The translations under genes were made by a program, and so were the position numbers. DNA of 38,564 nucleotides from Candidatus Woesearchaeota archaeon. Lineage in GTDB: Archaea > Nanobdellota > Nanobdellia > Pacearchaeales > GW2011-AR1. Below the pieces are notes generated by a model. That model was not told the DNA's origin and searched no databases. It was given only the letters and a program-made list of their open reading frames with translations. Shown here piece by piece: positions 15,499 through 23,099 of this stretch. How positions within the stretch are numbered: the first letter of the stretch is position 1; each line of letters begins with the position of its first letter. The stretch lies in assembly GCA_964485045.1 (NCBI GenBank), contig CAZAGO010000004.1:1-38564 (forward strand), given 5' to 3'.

Positions 15499-15625
15499 GC
15501 CGCCGCCAGGAATCGAACCTGGAAGCCCGAAAGGGCCCTGCTTTCTTGCTACTTCCTCGGGAAGGAGAAGTATGAACATTGTTCATCATCTCAAGGCAGG
15601 TGCATTACCATTGTGCCACGGCGGC
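15498..15625 (-). tRNA. tRNA-Ser (anticodon UGA) with a 47-nt intron at the canonical 37/38 position (intron 15543-15589)
   Basis: Acceptor GCCGCCG/CGGCGGC. Anticodon stem CCTGC/GCAGG, loop CTTGAG|intron|A. Long variable arm GCCC-TTTC-GGGC-TT (class II). T arm CCAGG-TTCGATT-CCTGG, discriminator G. BHB-like structure: CTTG pairs with intron CAAG, and 3-nt bulges sit at both splice sites. Confidence 0.85.
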
Positions 15626-15683
15626 TTAATTTGTGGACAAGGGTAGCTAAAGTCTGTAGGACTTTTGTGATTTGGATATTTTC

Positions 15684-15706
15684 TACCATTGTGCCACGGC
15701 GGCTTA
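15684..15706 (-). repeat. orphan copy of the tRNA-Ser 5' end (3 nt of leader + positions 1-20)
   Basis: TACCATTGTGCCACGGCGGCTTA is identical to 15606-15628. The copies are 78 nt apart, with a 55-nt spacer containing hairpin AAAGTC-CTACA-GACTTT. Confidence 0.85.
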
Positions 15707-15729
15707 TAATTTTAAAAGAATTAATTAGG

Positions 15730-15737
15730 TTTTAAAG
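15730..15737 (-). promoter_or_regulatory. TATA box (CTTTAAAA on minus strand) upstream of the outer tRNA-Ser 5' copy
   Basis: Centred 30.5 nt upstream of the outer G1 (15703). No comparable box lies upstream of the inner, complete tRNA. Confidence 0.4.
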
Positions 15738-15741
15738 ATTT

Positions 15742-16002
15742 CTACCAGAATTTCCACCAAGGTTTTTTTTCAATGGAAATATTTTTTTCATCAAAAGACT
15801 CATATTTTATTTTTGGCTTTTCATTAAAAATTGGAACTTCTTTGGAGATTTCTTTTTGAGCCTCTTCCATAGATTTTTCTATTAAAACTCTAGAATATCC
15901 TTGTTTGATTAACGCATACTTTAAAGTATCAGGAGTGTACCCTTTTTTCAAATTCTTCTTTATGTGCTCTTTAAGTTTTTCTTTGTATGTATCTCTAGCC
16001 AT
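15742..16002 (-). CDS. hypothetical 86-aa protein
   Basis: ATG with TTTTTAAA (16024-16031) centred exactly 25.5 nt upstream. N-terminal helical region GYTPDTLKYALIKQGYSRVLIEKSMEEA and a Trp-rich C-terminus. Confidence 0.55.
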   Translation of the reverse strand: MARDTYKEKLKEHIKKNLKKGYTPDTLKYALIKQGYSRVLIEKSMEEAQKEISKEVPIFNEKPKIKYESFDEKNISIEKKPWWKFW

Positions 16003-16037
16003 AAAAAATATATGTATTTGAAGTTTAAAAATATACC

Positions 16038-17525
16038 TTATCTCATTTTTATTGGAGAATTAGTTTTGTAAAACTTAATTGCTTCTTTGAGTCTTGCTTG
16101 AGAATCAGAATAGATCGTGATTAAATTATCCCCTTTTTGAATAGTTTCCCCTATATGAGCATATAGATACACTCCTGAAAATTTATCATTAGGGCATCCC
16201 GCAATTATTGCAAGTTCATTTATAAGTTTATTATTTATTTCACAAATTTTAGATTTTCTTTTTACAAAAATATCTCGCTTAAATTTGGCAAATCTAATTT
16301 TGTTTATATTTCCTTGTTGTGCAGAAATAATCTCTTTAAATTTTTTAAAGGCCATTCCAGACTCAAGTACTTGTTTTGCTAAATTATAACCTGCTCCTCT
16401 CTTTGCTTTTTTAGAGAGCTCAAAAATCTCTCCTGCTAAAAAAAGAGATTTCTCTTCTAAATCTTTTGGCCCTTTTTTTGTAGGGTCTAATATGCCTATT
16501 ACATCTCTCATTTCTAAGGCGGGCCCGATACCATTCCCTATTGGCTGATTCCCTTTAGTTAAAACAACTTTTACATCTTTCTTGAAATAATTCCCCAAAC
16601 TTTCAAATTTTTCTTTTATCCTCAAAGCTTTCTTTTTATTTACCTTGGCATTTTTACCATATGGAATATCTATAAGAATATACTTACTTCCTACAGAAAG
16701 TTTTTTTGCCATTATAGACGCTAAAAGTTGTGCTTCTGGGTCAACTTTTACTATTCTCTCTATAGTAATAATTTTATCATCAGCAGGAACGAGTCCAAGA
16801 GAACCCCCCCAAACCATGCATGCGTTTGTTTTTTCTATAATCTCTTGAATTTCTTTTAAAGAAAAATCAACATTTGCTATTGTTTCAATAGTATCTGCTG
16901 TTCCGGCTGCACTAGTTATTGCTCTAGAAGAAGTTTTTGGAAAAATCAATCCTTCCGCTGCACAAATAGATACGACTATAGGAGTTGTTCTATTTCCAGG
17001 AATTCCTCCTATGCAATGTTTATCGACAATACACTTTTTTTTGAGAAATAAAGTATTTCCTGTTTTTAATATAGAATTAATTAAAAAAATAGTTTCTTTT
17101 TCTGTCATTCCTTTTTGATACATTGCCGATATAAAAAGAGCAACTTCCACTTCAGATAAAGAATTATCAACAATATCTTCAATTATTTCTCCAATCTCTT
17201 TTTGGGTTAATCTTTTTTTATTAAGTTTCTTTTTTATAAAATCAAGACTTTTTGGTGGAGAAGAAATTGAAACCGAAACTTTTTTTCCATTTTTTAATCC
17301 AAGCTTTGCACCTAACTCTAAGGATACAGCTATTTCATCCTCTTTGATCATACCCTTTACTGTGTCTAATATAACTGATATTTTTATAGGATTATTTGAA
17401 AGAGTTTTAATAAGAACCCTTTCTTTTGTACCTACCCCTATTTTTTCGGCGGCTTTCTCATGAAGCATTGCAACAGGAATTCCAGTTGACCATTTCAAAA
17501 TTTTTAATTTAAGTTCCATTTTCAC
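16038..17525 (-). CDS. deoA: AMP phosphorylase (archaeal DeoA, thymidine-phosphorylase family with extra N-terminal domain)
   Basis: About 495 aa, with the N-terminal extension typical of AMP phosphorylase. Core motifs DKHCIGGIPGNRTT, SSRAITSAAGTADT, LASIMAKK. The track start is GTG; an ATG lies at 17519. Confidence 0.8.
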   Translation of the reverse strand: MKMELKLKILKWSTGIPVAMLHEKAAEKIGVGTKERVLIKTLSNNPIKISVILDTVKGMIKEDEIAVSLELGAKLGLKNGKKVSVSISSPPKSLDFIKKKLNKKRLTQKEIGEIIEDIVDNSLSEVEVALFISAMYQKGMTEKETIFLINSILKTGNTLFLKKKCIVDKHCIGGIPGNRTTPIVVSICAAEGLIFPKTSSRAITSAAGTADTIETIANVDFSLKEIQEIIEKTNACMVWGGSLGLVPADDKIITIERIVKVDPEAQLLASIMAKKLSVGSKYILIDIPYGKNAKVNKKKALRIKEKFESLGNYFKKDVKVVLTKGNQPIGNGIGPALEMRDVIGILDPTKKGPKDLEEKSLFLAGEIFELSKKAKRGAGYNLAKQVLESGMAFKKFKEIISAQQGNINKIRFAKFKRDIFVKRKSKICEINNKLINELAIIAGCPNDKFSGVYLYAHIGETIQKGDNLITIYSDSQARLKEAIKFYKTNSPIKMR

Positions 17526-17570
17526 CTCTATTTTTAATAATTAAACAAGAATGATTTTTATATTTTTTGT

Positions 17571-18578
17571 TTAATTAGGCTTTTTTTGCCTATACATTTC
17601 TAAAAAAATCAAAAGATAAGCTATTGCTAAAGGACCTATTAAAAATCCAAGTATTCCAAAAAGGAAAAATCCTCCAATCATTCCAAGGAAAACTAAAGAT
17701 GTAGGCATACTCGTCCTTCTTGAAACAATCATAGGTCTTAAAATATTATCAACAGTAGATGCTATAACTCCAAATATCAAAACCCCAAACGCTTGAAAAG
17801 TATTTTGAGCTATAAGGAGATAGATTGTAACTGGCAACCAAATTAAGAAAGGCCCAAAAATAGGGAGTATAGATGCTACAATAGCGAGAATTGTTAAAAT
17901 AAGCGCATTAGGAACTCCAAATAAAAATAAACTGATCCCTACAATTGCTCCCTGAATAAATCCTACTATAATAATTCCATAAAGAACTGAATATGTAATC
18001 CCCTTTGAATAATTAAAAAAACGTTCATCAACTTCTTTTGAGAAAGGAGATAAGCTTTTAACATATTTACCTAGTTCATCTGTATCTCTTAAAAGATAAA
18101 AAAAAGTTAAAAAAACTACAAAAAATTGCAAAGCCAGTGAAGGAAAATTTAATAAAATACTTGAAAAAGAATTTGAAAGAGAATTTGCTGAACGAGTAAT
18201 AAAAGATTTAATTATAGAACCCACCTCATGAGAAAATTGTTCAGATGCAAAAAAAGAAGGGGAGATTTTTTTTAATATGCCCACAAAATCCATTTGCTGA
18301 GAATTTGCATAAATCTTAAGAGACTGTTCTATTGCAATTGGAAGAAAAAACCATATGCACACCACAAGAAATATTGCAAAAATAATGCATATTAAAAATG
18401 CTGAAAAATTTTTGGAATGGGTTTTTTTATAAAGAAAATTGTAAACCGGAGAAAAAACAAATGCTAACAACATTCCAAGAATTATTGAAATAAGTATTGG
18501 TTTTAAAAGCAAAAAACATACCACTAACAGAAGGCAAAGCAAAACAATTATCCCTGTTTTTCTAAAATATTCCTCCAT
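17571..18578 (-). CDS. AI-2E family (PerM/UPF0118) permease
   Basis: About 8 TM helices and the C-terminal conserved region DNILRPMIVSRRTSMPTSLVFLGMIGG. Confidence 0.75.
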   Translation of the reverse strand: MEEYFRKTGIIVLLCLLLVVCFLLLKPILISIILGMLLAFVFSPVYNFLYKKTHSKNFSAFLICIIFAIFLVVCIWFFLPIAIEQSLKIYANSQQMDFVGILKKISPSFFASEQFSHEVGSIIKSFITRSANSLSNSFSSILLNFPSLALQFFVVFLTFFYLLRDTDELGKYVKSLSPFSKEVDERFFNYSKGITYSVLYGIIIVGFIQGAIVGISLFLFGVPNALILTILAIVASILPIFGPFLIWLPVTIYLLIAQNTFQAFGVLIFGVIASTVDNILRPMIVSRRTSMPTSLVFLGMIGGFFLFGILGFLIGPLAIAYLLIFLEMYRQKKPN

Positions 18579-18675
18579 TTTTTTATATATTGCTCCTATT
18601 TGTAAATAAACTCTTAAATTTATAAAGGTTTTGAGATGAGAAAAGATTTAAAAGTAAATTTTTTCTTTTAAATTA

Positions 18676-19404
18676 ATGAATTTTATAAAAAAGATATCTG
18701 AAAAAAATTTTGATGAATCAGTTCATTTACAATTTCAAAAATTTTCTAAGGGAGAATTTAGAAATAGGGCAGTAATTAATGCAAAATTTTCAGGAGGAAA
18801 ATATACTCTAAATACTTCTGCTGAATTTGCTAATGAATTAGTTAAAGATGTTGCTGAAAAACTTGGAACTACAAAAACAAAAATTACTGGAGCCATAGTT
18901 TCCACCCAAAATTTAAAAGAGAATCCAGAATTTAGTTTACTTCTTGCACATGCAGAAGTTAAACAATTTCAAGGAGTTAAAAGATTTATAATTGATGAAG
19001 AAATGTGTGGTAAAGATATCTTAAAATTTTTGGAAAAAAATCCCAAAGCTTTTTTTGCATTAAGCTTTGATTCTTTAAATGGAAGTATCCTTAAAATAAA
19101 ACCAAAAGCCCCAAAATCTGGAAAACCGGGTACAAAAGGAGAGGAAATTCCAAAACCAGATTTTTGTAAATTAATCACAAATGACTCTTCTCTTGCTAAA
19201 AGTTTTATATTTGAAAGAACAGATTTTAAACAAGCAGAAATTGTTCATAATTTTATAATTAATGAAATAATAATTCCTTCTGAGTTAAAGAATGAAAAAG
19301 ATTTCGCAAAAGTAAGAGAAAAAGCTTTAAGAAAAGGAATAGTACTAAGAAAAGCGAAAATAGATGGAAAAGAAATTGAAACAAAATTAGAAATTGAAGC
19401 ATAA
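18676..19404 (+). CDS. hypothetical 242-aa protein heading the ribosomal-protein supercluster
   Basis: ATG with TTTAAAAG (18647-18654) centred 25.5 nt upstream. Two domains joined by a Lys/Pro-rich linker (KPKAPKSGKPGTKGEEIPKP). I recognise no family. Confidence 0.55.
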   Translation: MNFIKKISEKNFDESVHLQFQKFSKGEFRNRAVINAKFSGGKYTLNTSAEFANELVKDVAEKLGTTKTKITGAIVSTQNLKENPEFSLLLAHAEVKQFQGVKRFIIDEEMCGKDILKFLEKNPKAFFALSFDSLNGSILKIKPKAPKSGKPGTKGEEIPKPDFCKLITNDSSLAKSFIFERTDFKQAEIVHNFIINEIIIPSELKNEKDFAKVREKALRKGIVLRKAKIDGKEIETKLEIEA

Positions 19405-19487
19405 GTTATAACAAGCTTTAAATACCCACTATTTCTCAATAAAATATTCCAGGGAAAGTAAAATGAAATTATCCGCTTTATTAATAA

Positions 19488-20432
19488 ATGCCTACAAAAA
19501 AATCACCAAGAAAAGGAAGCTTACAATTTTGGCCAAGAAAAAGGGCCGCTAAATTTTTACCTAGTGTTAACTGGAGAGCAATTAATTCTAAAAAAATAAT
19601 TAAAGGATTTATAGGATATAAGGCAGGAATGACTTCTGCAATAGTAAAAGATAACACACCTCATTCCATGACAAAAGGTAAAAAAATTGCAATCCCTGTT
19701 ACAATAGTCGAATGCCCTCCTATGAAAATTCTTTCGGTTAGATTCTATAAAAATGGAATAGTATCAAAAGAAGTTTTGGTAGAAAAGATAGAAAAAGAGA
19801 TGAAGAAAAAAATAAAATTCCCTAAAAAAACATTAGAAAAAGCCGAAAATATTTCAATAGAGAAATATGACGATATAAGAATAATTTGTTATTCTCAATC
19901 TAAGAAAACAAGTATAAAGAAAACTCCGGATATATCTGAAATAGGTTTAAATGGAAGTATTGAAGAAAAATTAAACTTTATTAAAGAAAATATTGGAAAA
20001 GAGATTTCTGTTTCACAAGTGTTTGAAAAAGGAGAACTAGCAGATATTAGAGGGCTTACAAAAGGAAAAGGACTCGTTGGACCTGTTAAAAGATTTGGAT
20101 TGACTCTTAAAAGCCATAAATCTGAAAAAGGAGTAAGACGTCCAGGAAGCCTTGGACCTTGGCATCCTGCAAGAGTAACCTTTAGAGCTCCACAAGCAGG
20201 ACAAATGGGAATGTTCACAAGAGTAGTCTATAATAATAAGATAATAGAAGTTTCTAAACCAGAACAAAGAAAAATAAACAATATAAAAAATTTTGGAAAT
20301 ATTAAAACAGATTATATTTTGATAAGAGGTTCTATTCAAGGAGCTTCAAAAAGACAGTTAATTATTACTTCTCCTTTAAGACAAACAAGAAAACAATTAA
20401 AAAAAGATTTGGAATTGGTTGAATTAAAATGA
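19488..20432 (+). CDS. rpl3: 50S ribosomal protein uL3
   Basis: PRKGSLQFWPRKRA N-terminus and GKGLVGPVKRFG...GSLGPWHPARV. Confidence 0.95.
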   Translation: MPTKKSPRKGSLQFWPRKRAAKFLPSVNWRAINSKKIIKGFIGYKAGMTSAIVKDNTPHSMTKGKKIAIPVTIVECPPMKILSVRFYKNGIVSKEVLVEKIEKEMKKKIKFPKKTLEKAENISIEKYDDIRIICYSQSKKTSIKKTPDISEIGLNGSIEEKLNFIKENIGKEISVSQVFEKGELADIRGLTKGKGLVGPVKRFGLTLKSHKSEKGVRRPGSLGPWHPARVTFRAPQAGQMGMFTRVVYNNKIIEVSKPEQRKINNIKNFGNIKTDYILIRGSIQGASKRQLIITSPLRQTRKQLKKDLELVELK

Positions 20433-21226
20433 AAATGAATATTTTAAGTTTAGATGGAAAAAGATTGAAGCAAATTGAAATGCCAAGCTTCTTTTTACAA
20501 AAAGTTAGAGAAGATTTAATTATGAAAATATTAGAAACTAAAAAAACAAAACAACCCTATAGTCCTTCTCCTGTTGCAGGAAAGCAACACTCTGCAAGCG
20601 GAATACTCATTCATAGAAGACACGTTTGGAAAAGCCAATACGGAAGAGGTATCTCGAGAATACCTAGAAAAACTATTCTAAGAAGAGGAACTCAATTTCA
20701 ACAAATAGGAGCAGAAGTCCCAAGCACTCGTGGAGGAAGAAGAGCACATCCTCCAAAAGCTGTTTCAATGATAAATACTAAAAAGATAAATAAAAAAGAA
20801 ATGAAAATGGCTTTAATTTCTGCTTTAAGTGCAACTGCAAATGAAAAATTTATTTCTAAAAGATATGAAAGATTAATTGGAGAAAAATTTGAAAATTTTC
20901 CACTGGTTGTAGAATCTAAGATTTCTAAAATGAAAACAAAAGAACTTCTTTTAGCCCTTAAAAAGATACTTGGAGAAAAGATTTTCGAATTATCTCTTAG
21001 AAAAAAAAATATAAGAAGCGGTAAGGGAAAAATGAGAGGAAGAAAATATAAAACAAATGCTGGATTACTTATAGTCGTTGGAGAAGAAGAAAACCCTAAA
21101 TTAAGTGCATTTGAAATAAAGAAAGCAAAAAATCTTAGCATAGTGGATATTGCAAAAGGTGGTCCTGGAAGAATAACCCTTTATACTGAAAAAGCAATTG
21201 AGGAATTAGAAAAAAAATTAAAATGA
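20429..21226 (+). CDS. rpl4: 50S ribosomal protein uL4
   Basis: HRRHVWKSQYGRGISRIPR...GGRRAHPPK. ATGA overlap with rpl3. Confidence 0.93.
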   Translation: MKMNILSLDGKRLKQIEMPSFFLQKVREDLIMKILETKKTKQPYSPSPVAGKQHSASGILIHRRHVWKSQYGRGISRIPRKTILRRGTQFQQIGAEVPSTRGGRRAHPPKAVSMINTKKINKKEMKMALISALSATANEKFISKRYERLIGEKFENFPLVVESKISKMKTKELLLALKKILGEKIFELSLRKKNIRSGKGKMRGRKYKTNAGLLIVVGEEENPKLSAFEIKKAKNLSIVDIAKGGPGRITLYTEKAIEELEKKLK

Positions 21227-21459
21227 AACCAATAGTTACAGAAAAAGCAGTTATGAAAATAGAATCTCAGAATACTTTAACTTTTGAGACAAGTAAGAAA
21301 GATAATAAATCTGAAATAAAAAAAGAAATTGAAGACTTATTTGGAGTAAAAATTGAAAAAATAAGAACAACTACTAGACTAAATAAAAAATATGTTTATG
21401 TTAAATTAAAAAAAGAGTTTCCAGCAATAGATTTGGCTATGAAACTAGGATTAATGTAA
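21223..21459 (+). CDS. rpl23: 50S ribosomal protein uL23
   Basis: Size and position between L4 and L2. TEKAVMKIESQNTLTFE...KKEIEDLFGVKIEKIRT. Confidence 0.9.
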   Translation: MKPIVTEKAVMKIESQNTLTFETSKKDNKSEIKKEIEDLFGVKIEKIRTTTRLNKKYVYVKLKKEFPAIDLAMKLGLM

Positions 21460-21460
21460 T

Positions 21461-22159
21461 ATGGGTAAAAGAATAATTTCACAGGCAAGAGGAAAAGGAA
21501 GCAAAACGTACAGAGTAAGAAGAATTGCATATCGATTTAAACTCGCTTATCCAAAAGATATCAGCGGGGAAGGAATCGTCTTGAAACTTATAAATTCAAG
21601 AGGACATACTGCTCCTTTGGCTAAAATAAAATATGATAAGGGCTTCTTCTATATTCCAGCATTTAATGGAATGGTTGAAGGACAAAAAATAAAATTAGAC
21701 ACTAATGAAATAAAAGAAGGAAATATTGTAAAATTAAAAGATGTGCCTATGAAAACAAAAATTTATAATTTAGAAGCAAAACCAAGAGACGGAGGTAAAT
21801 TCATAAAAACTTCTGGAACATATTCTGAAATAAATAAGATTATTGGAAAAGATGTTTTCATAATTTTGCCTTCAAAAAAGGAAAGGAAGTTTAATCAGGA
21901 ATGCAGAGTAACTATAGGTGTTGTTGCTGGTTCAGGAAGATTAGACAAACCAATAGTCAAAGCTGGAAAAAAACACCATATGACTAAAGCAAGAAATAAA
22001 TTATGGCCAAGAACTTCTGCTGTAAAAATGAATGCAATAGATCATCCATTTGGTTCAGGAAGAGGAAAGAATCCTAAGAGCAAAATTGCAAAAAGAAATG
22101 CTCCTCCTGGAAGAAGAGTTGGACATTTAAGACCGAGGAGGACGGGAAAAAGCAAGTAA
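21461..22159 (+). CDS. rpl2: 50S ribosomal protein uL2
   Basis: GGKFIKTSGTYSEI..., MNAIDHPFGSGRGKN, GHLRPRRTG. Confidence 0.95.
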   Translation: MGKRIISQARGKGSKTYRVRRIAYRFKLAYPKDISGEGIVLKLINSRGHTAPLAKIKYDKGFFYIPAFNGMVEGQKIKLDTNEIKEGNIVKLKDVPMKTKIYNLEAKPRDGGKFIKTSGTYSEINKIIGKDVFIILPSKKERKFNQECRVTIGVVAGSGRLDKPIVKAGKKHHMTKARNKLWPRTSAVKMNAIDHPFGSGRGKNPKSKIAKRNAPPGRRVGHLRPRRTGKSK

Positions 22160-22164
22160 AAACG

Positions 22165-22560
22165 ATGGAAATAAAAAAGAAAGATTTTACATATAGAGGA
22201 AAAACTATTGAAGAATTAAAAAAGCTAGATGTAAGAGAATTTGCAAAATTCCTTGAGTCAAGACCTAGAAGAGCTGCTTTAAGACAATTTCAAGATATTG
22301 AAAATTTTGTAAGTAGATGTAGAGAAAAAGAATCTAGAGATAAGAAAATAAGAACACACAAAAGAAATCTAATAATAGTTCCTCAAATGGTTGGAATGAA
22401 AATTCAAGTTCATAACGGAAATAAATTTCTTCCTTTTGAAATAACAGGTGAAATGCTTGGACACAGATTAGGTGAATTTTCTCCTACGAGAAATAGAGTT
22501 AAGCATGGAAAGACAGGAATGGGCGCAACAAAAGGAAGTAAAGCAAAATCAAAGAAATAA
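22165..22560 (+). CDS. rps19: 30S ribosomal protein uS19
   Basis: VGMKIQVHNGNKFLPFEITGEMLGHRLGEFSPTR. Confidence 0.95.
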   Translation: MEIKKKDFTYRGKTIEELKKLDVREFAKFLESRPRRAALRQFQDIENFVSRCREKESRDKKIRTHKRNLIIVPQMVGMKIQVHNGNKFLPFEITGEMLGHRLGEFSPTRNRVKHGKTGMGATKGSKAKSKK

Positions 22561-22561
22561 A

Positions 22562-23098
22562 ATGAGCGAACAAGAAAAGAAAAAGGAATTGAAAGAAGAG
22601 AAACTTGAAAAGAAAGAAGAAGTTAAAACAGAATCTTCAAAAGAAAAACCTCTTGAAGTTAAAAAAGTAGAAAAGAAAAAAAAGCAAGAATCAAAAATAA
22701 GAGCGGTTGGAGCACCTATATCAACAAGACATTCTGTAGCTATTTGTAAATTTATAAAAAAGAAAGAAATAGAAAAAGCTATTAAACTTTTAGAAGAAGT
22801 TCTCTCAAAAAAAAGAGCGCTACCAATGAAAGGAGAGTTTGCTCATAAAAAAGGAATAATGGCTGGAAAATATCCATATAACTCCACAAAATACTTTATA
22901 AGATTATTAAAAAGTCTTCAAGCGAATGCAAATTTAGATGATGTTAAAAACCCAATAATAACTGAAGCTATTGCTAATCTTGCTCCAAGACCAAGAGGAA
23001 GATTTGGAAGATACAAAAGAAAAAGAACACATATAGAAATTATTGCAAAAGAAATTCAAAAAAAAGAAAATAAAAAATTGACAGAAGCTAAAAAATAA
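22562..23098 (+). CDS. rpl22: 50S ribosomal protein uL22 with a ~45-aa Lys/Glu-rich N-terminal extension
   Basis: The first ATG after the rps19 stop gives MSEQEKKKELKEE... Core GAPISTRHSVAICKFIKKK...RGRFGRYKRKRTHIEI. The longer track ORF (22472, GTG) overlaps rps19 and is rejected. Confidence 0.9.
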   Translation: MSEQEKKKELKEEKLEKKEEVKTESSKEKPLEVKKVEKKKKQESKIRAVGAPISTRHSVAICKFIKKKEIEKAIKLLEEVLSKKRALPMKGEFAHKKGIMAGKYPYNSTKYFIRLLKSLQANANLDDVKNPIITEAIANLAPRPRGRFGRYKRKRTHIEIIAKEIQKKENKKLTEAKK

Positions 23099-23099
23099 A

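Noticed and set aside
15543-15589. ATGATGA at the start of the tRNA-Ser intron resembles a C box, suggesting an intron-encoded C/D box sRNA (as in some archaeal tRNA-Trp introns)
   Set aside because: No D box (CUGA), C' or D' elements, or k-turn partner are present in the 47-nt intron. The match is most likely fortuitous.
15227-15706. A second complete tRNA-Ser assembled from the outer 5' fragment, a variable-arm-like hairpin GTTG-AAAA-CAAC plus CCAGGTT (15478-15498), a ~234-nt T-loop intron, and the 3' fragment at 15243-15227
   Set aside because: CCAGGTT followed by CGATTCCTGG would restore a perfect T arm. However, I could find no D-stem 3' strand or anticodon arm for such a gene. The GTTGAAAACAACC..GGTTTTTTT segment is also present in the rpl1 leader copy, where there is no tRNA context. 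It is therefore more simply part of the repeated element.
22472-22561. Longer ORF-track versions of rpl22 (22472), SUI1 (23921), rpl24 (25050) and rpl6 (27278)
   Set aside because: These start at GTG or TTG codons inside the preceding gene. In each case an ATG lies directly after the upstream stop codon and begins the recognisable protein.
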